Shown piece after piece: positions 18,803 to 27,521 of a stretch of 64,000 nt of DNA. The DNA comes from Candidatus Omnitrophota bacterium (GTDB taxonomy: Bacteria > CAIJMQ01): assembly GCA_018812925.1 (NCBI GenBank), contig JAHJCU010000005.1, forward strand, positions 145,955-209,954, given 5' to 3'. Positions within the stretch are counted from its first letter, which is position 1. Each line of letters begins with the position of its first letter. Under the pieces are notes generated by a model. It was not told the DNA's origin. It ran no database searches and worked only from the letters and a program-made list of their open reading frames with translations. The translations under genes were made by a program, and so were the position numbers.

Positions 18803-20401
18803 ATGAAATTTAATAAGAATTTTTGCCTCTTAATAGGGCTTTATCTTTTATCCTTCTCTCTTTATGCAGTTTATGGTCAGTCTGTAGTATTTGAGAAGGG
18901 AGATGCTATATATTATCAAGGTGCAAATATTGTGACTGCAAATGAAGGACATGCAGGTGTTTTTTATGGTTGGCCCTTTGCATTTGGGGGTGATCCTAGC
19001 AATAGAATTATTCCACTTACTCCAATAGAAGAAGCAAATCCGCAAAATCTCTCTCAATATGCTACCGTAGAAGCACTTGGCGGAAGCTATCCTTTTGTAG
19101 GTAAGAGTAATATAGCAAGTTTTCTATCTCGTGGAGCTACATTCTGGGGAGTTCATACTGCGGATTTAACTTATCTTCAACGAAATCAAATAGTGAATAC
19201 AGCTAAGAACCAATTAGGTTGTAAATATCACTTCTTTTGGGGTTATAAAAGTCCAGGTGTTTCTTTTAGGTGTGATGGATTAGTAGAATATTGTTATGAG
19301 CAGGCAGGTGTAGATTTAGTGCCCGGAGACACTTGGAATCCTAAAACTGCTTTACTACCATGGAGACATTTACTTACTCCAAAAAATCAGATGAATTCTC
19401 CTCTTTTATCCGGACGCAGTTTTGCTGAATTAGAGACATTAGAATTAGATAGCATACTTCAGAATAATGAGCAGGTAGAGCCTGATAGCAACGGTGTATA
19501 TTATGTTTGCGATAGACCAGGTCGTCAGGATGTAGTGACTATAAAAGTAAATGCAGATGGTGGTGGTGATGGTTCCGGAGTTAGGATGGCTGATTTCTGG
19601 GTTGGTAAACCTGATGACACACCGGATATATTTGAAGGAAATGATGGCGGTAAAAGAATAGAAATAGATGATCATAAAGAAGCAGTCGGTGGTATTTATA
19701 AAGCAGACTGGATTATTGACGATTTTGGACTTGGCGAATACACCCTCTACATCTTAGCCTATGACCAAGCAGGGAATATGGGGGATGTTATGGTGCAGGT
19801 GGAAATTATAGAAATAGCACCAATATCTGCATCAGTGTCAGGAAAACAAATAAAGGGTGAGGGCGGACAGTCGCCTTTTTGGTTTTCCTCGTTTAATCAG
19901 GCCTGGGATTGGGTTGTTGAAAGATATGGAATGGTGGATTGGCATGACACGGGTGGAACAATAATAAATTGCGCGGGAGGGATGATGCATAGAGATGCTC
20001 CTCCAGAAAACCCAGAATGGCCAGAGTGGAGAGCGACACTTGGAGCAGGAAGAGCATATCTAACTTTTAATTTAGCAGCATATATGACCGAAGAACAATT
20101 TGTTGCACTTATTGAATCGGCACAAATAACCATCCAATGTTATAATGATGCCCCAATCGCAGTATTGGGCGGAAGATATATTGTAACTCCACCAGGCATT
20201 ACAGTTGGTGCAGAAGAAGGCACAATAAGTATAAATATACCCAAGTCATCTTTACAATACCCAACAACAACAATTTTAATATCGGCAGATGAGAGTGTAG
20301 TGACAGGATTAATACCTCCGAATGGAGGTGGGGGGGTATGGTCAAGTGCAAATGGTTCCTGGCTTGAGTTAGCATCAGCAAAAATGGAGTTTTTTTACTA
20401 A
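18803..20401 (+). CDS. Secreted permuted papain-like NlpC/P60 (YiiX/YebB-type) enzyme with Ig-like and unknown C-terminal domains
   Basis: GD...GHAGVF...VEA...AKNQLGCKY...FRCDGLVEYCYEQAGVDL, with His before Cys (permuted order). Confidence 0.75.
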   Translation: MKFNKNFCLLIGLYLLSFSLYAVYGQSVVFEKGDAIYYQGANIVTANEGHAGVFYGWPFAFGGDPSNRIIPLTPIEEANPQNLSQYATVEALGGSYPFVGKSNIASFLSRGATFWGVHTADLTYLQRNQIVNTAKNQLGCKYHFFWGYKSPGVSFRCDGLVEYCYEQAGVDLVPGDTWNPKTALLPWRHLLTPKNQMNSPLLSGRSFAELETLELDSILQNNEQVEPDSNGVYYVCDRPGRQDVVTIKVNADGGGDGSGVRMADFWVGKPDDTPDIFEGNDGGKRIEIDDHKEAVGGIYKADWIIDDFGLGEYTLYILAYDQAGNMGDVMVQVEIIEIAPISASVSGKQIKGEGGQSPFWFSSFNQAWDWVVERYGMVDWHDTGGTIINCAGGMMHRDAPPENPEWPEWRATLGAGRAYLTFNLAAYMTEEQFVALIESAQITIQCYNDAPIAVLGGRYIVTPPGITVGAEEGTISINIPKSSLQYPTTTILISADESVVTGLIPPNGGGGVWSSANGSWLELASAKMEFFY

Positions 20402-20434
20402 AAAGCGGTTATAGATAAAAGCTCTAAAGGTAAA

Positions 20435-20463
20435 TTTACCAATTAAAATTTTCCTGTTATAAT
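20435..20463 (+). promoter_or_regulatory. Sigma70-type promoter upstream of the riboswitch
   Basis: TTTACC-N17-TATAAT with extended -10 TG. Confidence 0.6.
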
Positions 20464-20484
20464 TTGCACACAATTAAATATAGT

Positions 20485-20650
20485 ATTTTCTTTCGGAGTG
20501 AGGAACACCGTGAAAATCGGTGACAGTCCCGCTACTGTAAGAGGAGGACGAAAGCTCTTAAGTAAGCCACTCTCCGATGTTATGTCGGAGGGGAAGGTCA
20601 GAGCAAGTAGGTTTAATTCCTTAAGTCAGGATATTCGCCAGAAGAAAAAA
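20485..20650 (+). ncRNA. Cobalamin (B12) riboswitch
   Basis: P1 ttttctttcgg/ccagaagaaaa; AGGAA-caccgTGAAAATcggtg; CCCGCTACTGTAA; GCCACT...GGGAAGG; B12-box AGTCAGGATATTCGCC; btuFCD lies downstream. Confidence 0.93.
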
Positions 20651-20692
20651 TCGCAGACTTTCTTCGTGGAAAGAAGGTGTGATTTTTATTTG
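20647..20692 (+). terminator. Riboswitch expression-platform intrinsic terminator
   Basis: aaaatcgca..ctttctt / aagaagg..tgtgatttt stem followed by a T-rich run. Confidence 0.65.
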
Positions 20693-20759
20693 TATAAAAA
20701 TCTATAAAACCTCCTCAAACTAAGTTAAGTCTTTGCAATAAGTCATAAACGAGGAGGTT

Positions 20760-21515
20760 ATGATGAATTTAAGGATAGATAAATTCCGGATTCAAGATTT
20801 AATAGGGACTGGTTTTACCCTAATAGAACTGTTGGTTGTTATCGCTATCATAGGCATCCTCGCCGCAATGCTTCTGCCCGCTTTAAATCAGGCAAGAGAA
20901 AAAGCAAGAGGAGCTATATGTAAGAGTAATTTAAGACAGTTGTATATGGCTTTTATGTTGTATTCCCAAGACAACGATGGCTATTATTCTCCCACATATT
21001 GTTCTACTTGCATATCTGAAATCGGATGGGATTTTGCTACTGATGATTGGATTAATTATAGATTGGGCATTATTGGAGATTATTTGCAAGAAGAAAAGAT
21101 ATTTGAATGTCCTTCAAGAATGTCTTTGGCGTCAGCTGATAGACCTTTTACCGGGTATGCTTATAATGCCACACATATCGGGGGGGGATATTTCGACTGT
21201 GCCGCATGGGGAATTTCCCAGGCAGATGCTCCAGTAAAAGTGACCCAAGTAAGAAACTCTTCTGGGACAATTCTTCTGACTGATAGTGCTCTGTGGTCAA
21301 CTTTCACGAATGAAACGATTGCCAATAATTATCTTCGTGCCCCTTTAGATGTTTACTATTATGGACCAAATGTTCACTTCAGACATAGCGGATTTGCAAA
21401 TGTGAATTTTTGTGATGGTCATGTAGAGGCAAGAGGAGAAAAACATAATGTAAGTATTAATGATTCTACTTTGGGAGATTTGTCTGAAGACGATAGTTTA
21501 TATGATTTGGAATAA
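20760..21515 (+). CDS. Prepilin-type N-terminal cleavage/methylation protein, DUF1559-like, H-X9-DG C-terminus
   Basis: G|[30 protein letters not shown]...C.SNLRQ; [16 protein letters not shown]. Confidence 0.92.
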   Translation: MMNLRIDKFRIQDLIGTGFTLIELLVVIAIIGILAAMLLPALNQAREKARGAICKSNLRQLYMAFMLYSQDNDGYYSPTYCSTCISEIGWDFATDDWINYRLGIIGDYLQEEKIFECPSRMSLASADRPFTGYAYNATHIGGGYFDCAAWGISQADAPVKVTQVRNSSGTILLTDSALWSTFTNETIANNYLRAPLDVYYYGPNVHFRHSGFANVNFCDGHVEARGEKHNVSINDSTLGDLSEDDSLYDLE

Positions 21516-21531
21516 CACCTTATTCATCACG

Positions 21532-22341
21532 ATGAAACAATTTATAACGGTTAAGTATAATCTGAAAAAATTAAAAATTTTAAGACCTTTACCAATAGTA
21601 ACGGGGTTCACTTTAATCGAGCTACTTGTTGTTATCGCCATCATCGGCACCCTCGCCGCAATGCTTCTGCCCGCTTTAAATCAGGCAAGAGAGAAAGCAA
21701 GAGGGGCAGTATGTGCATCCAATCAAAGACAGGTTGCTTTAGCGATGTTTATGTATCAAGATGACTGGGATGGATATTACCCCCCAGCTGCTGTGGATAT
21801 TGTGTCTCCTAATCTTCATAGGTGGCATGGTGTGAGAAGTAGTCCTGGATTACCATTTGACCCTACAAGAGGTCCAATATATCCCTATCTTGGAACAGGT
21901 GAGATTAAGAAATGCCCATCTTTTATAGATTATCTGAGAGGTTTTGAAGCAGGATGTGGAGGATATGGGTATAATGCTCAATTTGTAGGCGGTACTCCAG
22001 GCAACTTTGAACTTTCTGCAAAAGCCTCTCAAATAAAGAACCCGTCTCAAACTATAATGCTTGCTGATTGTGCCTTTTCTTATGACTATTTGGAAGAAGA
22101 TGCAAATATTATTGAGTATTCTTTTGTGGAAGCGGTTTTCTGGGTAGTTTATGGCGGTAGTCCAATACCAAGCACTCATTTCAGGCATATTGAAAGAGCT
22201 AATATAACATTTTGTGATGGACATGTTGAGTTAAGAAAGATGGATTGCTGTCGTGGTGGAAACTGTGAAAATGAAACAGGATGCAAAGCCAATTATATCG
22301 GCTTTGTAGGAACAGACAATACTCTTTATGATAGAGAATAA
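21532..22341 (+). CDS. Second prepilin-type DUF1559-like / H-X9-DG protein
   Basis: G|[24 protein letters not shown]; [19 protein letters not shown] at 21532 preferred. Confidence 0.92.
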   Translation: MKQFITVKYNLKKLKILRPLPIVTGFTLIELLVVIAIIGTLAAMLLPALNQAREKARGAVCASNQRQVALAMFMYQDDWDGYYPPAAVDIVSPNLHRWHGVRSSPGLPFDPTRGPIYPYLGTGEIKKCPSFIDYLRGFEAGCGGYGYNAQFVGGTPGNFELSAKASQIKNPSQTIMLADCAFSYDYLEEDANIIEYSFVEAVFWVVYGGSPIPSTHFRHIERANITFCDGHVELRKMDCCRGGNCENETGCKANYIGFVGTDNTLYDRE

Positions 22342-22398
22342 AAATAGGGTTTCTATTTGGGAAATGAATTGTTGTTAAAAACTATTTAAGATTGTAAA

Positions 22399-23310
22399 AT
22401 GAGTCCTATGAACAAATTGCAGAGACTTCTAAAAAAGAAAAAAGTGTTGGTTGCCGATGGCGCTTGGGGAACTGAATTAATAAAGAGAGGTCTTGCAGTC
22501 TCAGATGTCCCCGAAGTATGGAATTTGGAAAACCCCTTTTTTGTAAAGGAAATTGCAAAAAGTTATAGGGATGCCGACGCGGATATTATTCTTACTAATA
22601 CATTTGGAGCGAACAGATTGAAGTTAAATAGAACCGGTTTTAAAGGTGATGTTAAGGAAATAAATAGGATAGGAGTCGAATTGTCAAAAGAAGAAGCAGG
22701 ATCATCTTTAGTTTTTGCTTCTATCGGCCCGACAGGGGAACTTTTAAAGCCTTTAGGAAATTTTAACGAAGCCGATTTTATAGAAGTTTTTACCCAGCAG
22801 GTCAAGGGTCTTGTGGAAGGTAAAGCTGACGGAGTAATAATTGAAACAATGAGCGATGTAAAAGAGGCTTTATGCGCTCTTGAAGCAGTTAAGAAAAATT
22901 CATCGTTGCTTGTCGGCGTAAGTTTTAGTTTCAATAAAGGGCATAAAGGTTTTGCAACAATGATGGGTTTATCTGTTGAGCAGGCAGTTAAGGCTGTTTT
23001 AGAAAAAAAGCCCGATATAATAGGCGCAAATTGCGGTTCGGTTACTATAGAAGACATGATAGACATTACAAGGATAATGAAGAAATTTACATCTTTACCG
23101 TTATGGATAAAATCTAATGCAGGGCTTCCGTTGATCAAGGATAAAAAGACTATTTATCCGCAAACTCCCGAAGAAATAACTTCTTTTATTCCTGACCTGA
23201 TAGAAGCAGGCGCAAAAATCATCGGGGGTTGTTGTGGGACCACGCCCGAACATATAAAAAAAATCAGAGAAAAAGTAGACCAGTATTTTGAAAACAGCAG
23301 GAGGAAATAG
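22399..23310 (+). CDS. Homocysteine S-methyltransferase domain protein (stand-alone MetH Hcy module)
   Basis: DGAWGTEL, TNTFGAN, SIGPTG, GANC, NAGLP and GGCCGTTPEHI Zn motif. Confidence 0.93.
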   Translation: MSPMNKLQRLLKKKKVLVADGAWGTELIKRGLAVSDVPEVWNLENPFFVKEIAKSYRDADADIILTNTFGANRLKLNRTGFKGDVKEINRIGVELSKEEAGSSLVFASIGPTGELLKPLGNFNEADFIEVFTQQVKGLVEGKADGVIIETMSDVKEALCALEAVKKNSSLLVGVSFSFNKGHKGFATMMGLSVEQAVKAVLEKKPDIIGANCGSVTIEDMIDITRIMKKFTSLPLWIKSNAGLPLIKDKKTIYPQTPEEITSFIPDLIEAGAKIIGGCCGTTPEHIKKIREKVDQYFENSRRK

Positions 23311-23311
23311 C

Positions 23312-24112
23312 ATGTTCACAGTAATTGGCGAAAGAATTAACATGACCAGAAAAAGAATAAAAGAAGAAGTCTGGAAAAGGAACGAGGAATTTATCGTTTC
23401 AGAAGTGACCAAACAGGAAAAAGCGGGAGCTACTCATATCGATATTAATGCCGGGGGCGATCCTAATAAAGAAGTCGAAGACATGATTTGGTTGACTAAT
23501 ATCGTATCCAAAGCTACGAAGTTACCTTTAGTATTTGATTCCACAAATGAGAAAGCAATTGAAGAGGGGCTTAAGCTTTGCAATAGAGAAGGAACTATAA
23601 TTAATTCTATTACAGCAGAAGAGAAAAGAATTGAGAAGATTTTGCCTCTGGTGAAAAAATATGGGACAGCTATTGTGGTTTTAACGATGGATGATAAGGG
23701 TATGCCTTCAGATTCTGACAGGAGAATAGAAATTACAAGAGGAATAATAAAACTGTTACAAGCCGAAGGAATTTCACAGGATAAAATATATATTGACCCA
23801 TTGATTAGGCCGGTATCCACGGAACCGAAGCAGGCGCAGTTTATTCTCCAAGCGGTAAGGATAATCAAACAAGAATTTTCGTCTGTTCATATTTGTGTCG
23901 GTCTTTCCAATATATCTTTTGGATTGCCTCAAAGGAATAATTTAAACAAAGTTTTTCTTGCCATGTTGATTGAAGCCGGTTGCGATGGCGCAATTATCGA
24001 CCCGACAGAGGCGGATATGATGAATACACTTCTCTCTGCGCGCGCAGTCGCGGGTTTAGATGAATATTGTATGGAATATATTACGGCTTATAGAGAAGGC
24101 AAGTTAAAGTAA
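23312..24112 (+). CDS. Pterin-binding methyltetrahydrofolate:corrinoid methyltransferase (MetH folate module / AcsE-like)
   Basis: IGERIN, IDINAG, DS, IINSI, IDPL and GLSNISFGLP. Confidence 0.92.
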   Translation: MFTVIGERINMTRKRIKEEVWKRNEEFIVSEVTKQEKAGATHIDINAGGDPNKEVEDMIWLTNIVSKATKLPLVFDSTNEKAIEEGLKLCNREGTIINSITAEEKRIEKILPLVKKYGTAIVVLTMDDKGMPSDSDRRIEITRGIIKLLQAEGISQDKIYIDPLIRPVSTEPKQAQFILQAVRIIKQEFSSVHICVGLSNISFGLPQRNNLNKVFLAMLIEAGCDGAIIDPTEADMMNTLLSARAVAGLDEYCMEYITAYREGKLK

Positions 24113-24122
24113 TTCTTCAAGA

Positions 24123-25013
24123 ATGACTAATTCCTCATTTCCAAGAACTAATATGCAAACTAAAGGCTATAGTCTATGGTCTATAGTCTATGTTTTGTAT
24201 TTTATCTTTTACATCTTGATTATTAATTCTTCTCTCTTTGCTCAAGATTCAAGTCCGAAAAGAATAATCTCTTTAGGACCTGCGATTACAAGGCAACTTT
24301 CACTTTTGGATGTAGAGGATAAAATTATAGGTGTTACGACTTATTGCAATGTTCCAAATCTTGTTAATACAGAAAGAATCGGAACCGTTCTGGAAGCCAA
24401 TGTAGAAAAGATATTAATACTTAATCCTGATATTGTTTTGGCAACAAATTTAAGTAATCTCAAAACAATACAAAGATTGAAAAATCTAAAGATAAATGTG
24501 GTGGTTTTAGACGAAGTTAAAAACTTTAACGGGCTCTGCGAACAATTTTTAAAATTGGCGCAACTTGTAGGCAAAGAAAAAATTGGCAGAGCAATTATTT
24601 CTAAGGCAGAAGAAAAATTATCAAATCTTTCACAGAAAAATAAAAATTTATCTAAACAAAAAGTAGTCGTCCAAATAGGAGCCAATCCGCTTTGGATAGT
24701 TACGAAAGATTCTATGATAAACAATTTCGTTTTATTGGCGGGTGGGATTAATGTGGGTCCTATAGGGGAAAACGGGCTTGTCAGCAGAGAATATATAGTT
24801 AAACAAAACCCAGATGTAATTATTATTATAGATATGGGAATATTGGCAGAAGAGGAGAAAGGGACTTGGTTAAAATTCGACACTATAAACGCGGTTATAC
24901 AAAACAGAATCCATATATTGGACGCTTACGATATCTGTAGTCCTACACCGTTAAGTTTTGTCGGGACTTTAGAAGAATTATTTGAACTTTTTTATCCGGG
25001 AATAGAATATTAA
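24123..25013 (+). CDS. btuF: Cobalamin ABC transporter substrate-binding protein
   Basis: RIISLGP, IGVTTYC, NVEKILILNPD, AGGINV and PDVIII; riboswitch context. Start may be 24153. Confidence 0.85.
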   Translation: MTNSSFPRTNMQTKGYSLWSIVYVLYFIFYILIINSSLFAQDSSPKRIISLGPAITRQLSLLDVEDKIIGVTTYCNVPNLVNTERIGTVLEANVEKILILNPDIVLATNLSNLKTIQRLKNLKINVVVLDEVKNFNGLCEQFLKLAQLVGKEKIGRAIISKAEEKLSNLSQKNKNLSKQKVVVQIGANPLWIVTKDSMINNFVLLAGGINVGPIGENGLVSREYIVKQNPDVIIIIDMGILAEEEKGTWLKFDTINAVIQNRIHILDAYDICSPTPLSFVGTLEELFELFYPGIEY

Positions 25014-25014
25014 T

Positions 25015-26052
25015 ATGCCAGTATCTAATGGGATTTCCCAAAATAGGAAGAGAAAATTAGTTCGTTGGGCGAGTTGGATATTTATTATGCTAATTTTCGT
25101 TTTAGTCATAGGCTTTATTTCCTTGTGTATTGGCTCCGGAGGGCTTTATTTTAAAGAAATAATATCCGGTATTTTTACAAAAGGCACGCCTGAATTTAGC
25201 ATTCTTTTTGATATTCGCCTGCCCAGAATAATTCTTGCTTTTGTTGTTGGAGGGGCATTATCTTTGGCAGGTGTAATCCTACAGGGAATTTTCAGAAATC
25301 CTTTGGTTGAACCATATACTCTTGGAATTTCCGGCGGAGCGGCTTTAGGCGTAACCTTAAATATTGTTTTTGGCATAGCAAGTATTTTTGGGACGATGTC
25401 CATGCCCATATCAGGTTTTTTAGGAGCTATTGTTGTAATTATCTTCTTGTATTCTTTAAGTATAAACAGAAGAATACTTAAAATGCACGAACTTCTTTTG
25501 TGTGGGGTAATGATAAGTTTTGTGTGCTCTTCAATCCTTATGCTTTTAATGGCTATTTCCAAAACCGAAAATTTACACGGCATTATATTTTGGATGATGG
25601 GTTCTTTGGAACAACCAAACATAAATTTAATATGGATGACTCTTTTTGTATCCATCTTAGGCTTAATTGCTTCTTATTTTTTCTGTTTTGATCTTAACGC
25701 TTTACTTTTGGGAGAAGAAGAAGCAACTCATTTGGGAATAAATGTGGAAAAAACAAAAAGAGCCCTTTTTATAATAGCTTCTGTACTCACGGGGGTTAGC
25801 GTGTCTGTTGTGGGAATAATCGGATTTGTGGGGCTTTTAGTTCCGCATTTTGTAAGGATGTTTGTCGGCAATGATTATCGTATTCTTAATATTTCTGCTT
25901 TTATTGTAGGCGGAGGGTTTCTTATATTTTGTGATACTTTGGCAAGAATTGTTATTGTTCCGTTAGAATTGCCTGTAGGAGTGATTACGGGAATATTGGG
26001 TGGAATTTTATTTATTTATGCAATTCTAAAGAAAAGATTGATTTTTGGATAG
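25015..26052 (+). CDS. btuC: Cobalamin/iron ABC transporter permease
   Basis: IRLPR, QGIFRNPLVEPYTLGISGGA, LGEEEA, GIIGFVGLLVPH and ELPVG. Confidence 0.9.
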   Translation: MPVSNGISQNRKRKLVRWASWIFIMLIFVLVIGFISLCIGSGGLYFKEIISGIFTKGTPEFSILFDIRLPRIILAFVVGGALSLAGVILQGIFRNPLVEPYTLGISGGAALGVTLNIVFGIASIFGTMSMPISGFLGAIVVIIFLYSLSINRRILKMHELLLCGVMISFVCSSILMLLMAISKTENLHGIIFWMMGSLEQPNINLIWMTLFVSILGLIASYFFCFDLNALLLGEEEATHLGINVEKTKRALFIIASVLTGVSVSVVGIIGFVGLLVPHFVRMFVGNDYRILNISAFIVGGGFLIFCDTLARIVIVPLELPVGVITGILGGILFIYAILKKRLIFG

Positions 26053-26060
26053 GCAATAAA

Positions 26061-26861
26061 ATGTTAGAAATAAAAAATATTTTTTGTGGTTATCCTGAGG
26101 GATTTACTCTTAAAAATGTCAGTTTTAAGTTAGAGAAAAAAGAATTTTTAGGCATTGTAGGTCCTAACGGTTCCGGAAAAACCACTCTTCTTAAAACAAT
26201 CACACGACTTCTTAAACCTAAAAAAGGCGAAGTTATTATTGACGGGGTAAATATAGAAAAAATGAAGTTCAAAGAGATTGCTAAAAAGATTGCCGTTGTT
26301 CCGCAGATTTTTAATATGGAATTTGACATAAACGTGGAAGAATTTATTTTCTTGGGCAGAATCCCCCTTAAAAGCACTTTTCAGTTTTTGGAAAATAAAA
26401 ACGATGAAGAAGTGGTTAAAAACGCAATGGAGTTAACAGAAACCGTTAAATTGAAAGAAAGATTGGTCAATAGTCTTAGTGGTGGCGAGATTCAACGCGT
26501 TGCGATAGCACGCGCTTTAGTTCAAGAGCCGCAACTTCTTTTGTTAGACGAGCCGACTTCACATTTGGATATAGGGCATCAAATTAGAATTTTGGATTTA
26601 TTGAGAAAATTAAACAAAGAGAATTTGTTGACAATTGTGGCTATTTTCCATGACCTTAACCTTGCAAGCGAATACTGCAACAGATTATTACTTATGAAGG
26701 AAGGCAAAACTTATTGCATCGGTAAGCCCGAAGAAGTGTTAACTTATCAAGCTTTGGAGGAAGTCTACGACACACCGGTTATAGTTCAAAAAAGCATTGT
26801 GTCCGGAAAACCCTATATATTAGTTGTCCCTCATCCCGAAGAATATAAGCAATCAATTTAA
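26061..26861 (+). CDS. btuD: Cobalamin/iron ABC transporter ATPase
   Basis: GPNGSGKTT, LSGGE, LLDEPTSHLD and HDLNLA. Confidence 0.9.
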   Translation: MLEIKNIFCGYPEGFTLKNVSFKLEKKEFLGIVGPNGSGKTTLLKTITRLLKPKKGEVIIDGVNIEKMKFKEIAKKIAVVPQIFNMEFDINVEEFIFLGRIPLKSTFQFLENKNDEEVVKNAMELTETVKLKERLVNSLSGGEIQRVAIARALVQEPQLLLLDEPTSHLDIGHQIRILDLLRKLNKENLLTIVAIFHDLNLASEYCNRLLLMKEGKTYCIGKPEEVLTYQALEEVYDTPVIVQKSIVSGKPYILVVPHPEEYKQSI

Positions 26862-26973
26862 GCGGAGAAAATAATTCCCCCATTTTGTTGAGTCCTTAAG
26901 TCTTATTTTATCTATATGTTGTATTAAATATTCGCAAATCTTTTTTTTGGTTTACACAAAAAAACATGAGCAC

Positions 26974-27001
26974 TTGACAGATTGAAAAGATATTCTATAA
27001 T
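26974..27001 (+). promoter_or_regulatory. dcw cluster sigma70 promoter
   Basis: TTGACA (26974-26979), 16-nt spacer, TATAAT (26996-27001). Confidence 0.85.
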
Positions 27002-27002
27002 T

Positions 27003-27029
27003 GTGGTGTGGAGTGGGGAAAAGTGGGGG
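27003..27029 (+). promoter_or_regulatory. MraZ binding repeats
   Basis: Three GTGG boxes at exact 10-nt spacing (27003, 27013, 27023), the known MraZ operator architecture. Confidence 0.85.
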
Positions 27030-27478
27030 ATAATGCTAAACAACTTTATGGGGAATATCGGCACGCTCTTGACGAGAAAAGTCGTCTTTTTATTCCTGCA
27101 AGACTTAGAAAAGCTTTTAAGAAAGGGGAAAAGCTTGTTCTATCAAGAGGGCTGGATGGATGTCTTTTTCTTTTTCCTCAGAACGAATGGAGGAAATTAG
27201 AAGACAAAACCAAAACCTTGCCCATTACCGCCCGGGATGCTCGCACATTTACACGTCACCTGTTTTCTGGTGCTTCCTTGTGTACTATTGATACGCAAGG
27301 AAGAATTCCTTTCCCTTCTCCGCTAAGAGAATATGCAGAAATTGTCAAAGAAGTAGTTATAATCGGAGTTTCCAATAGAATAGAAATATGGGCAAAGCAA
27401 AAGTGGGAGAATTATTTCAAAAATACAGAAAATAAAGTCGAAGATATTACCGAAAAATTGGAAGAATTCCGAATTTGA
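27023..27478 (+). CDS. mraZ: Transcriptional regulator MraZ (start codon uncertain)
   Basis: YGEYRHALDEKSRLFIP, GLDGCL, DTQGRI and IGVSNRIEIW. GTG starts are possible at 27008 or 27023. Confidence 0.95.
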   Translation: MGDNAKQLYGEYRHALDEKSRLFIPARLRKAFKKGEKLVLSRGLDGCLFLFPQNEWRKLEDKTKTLPITARDARTFTRHLFSGASLCTIDTQGRIPFPSPLREYAEIVKEVVIIGVSNRIEIWAKQKWENYFKNTENKVEDITEKLEEFRI

Positions 27479-27521
27479 ATTAGAGATGGATGCCCGGTTG
27501 TAGTTTTAGGTTATTTAAACA

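Noticed and set aside
20498-20707. 69-aa ORF MRNTVKIG...
   Set aside because: It lies entirely over the cobalamin riboswitch and its terminator, so it is a shadow ORF.
26905-26925. Possible NrdR-like box upstream of mraZ
   Set aside because: Only a partial match in AT-rich DNA, with no nucleotide-reduction gene nearby.
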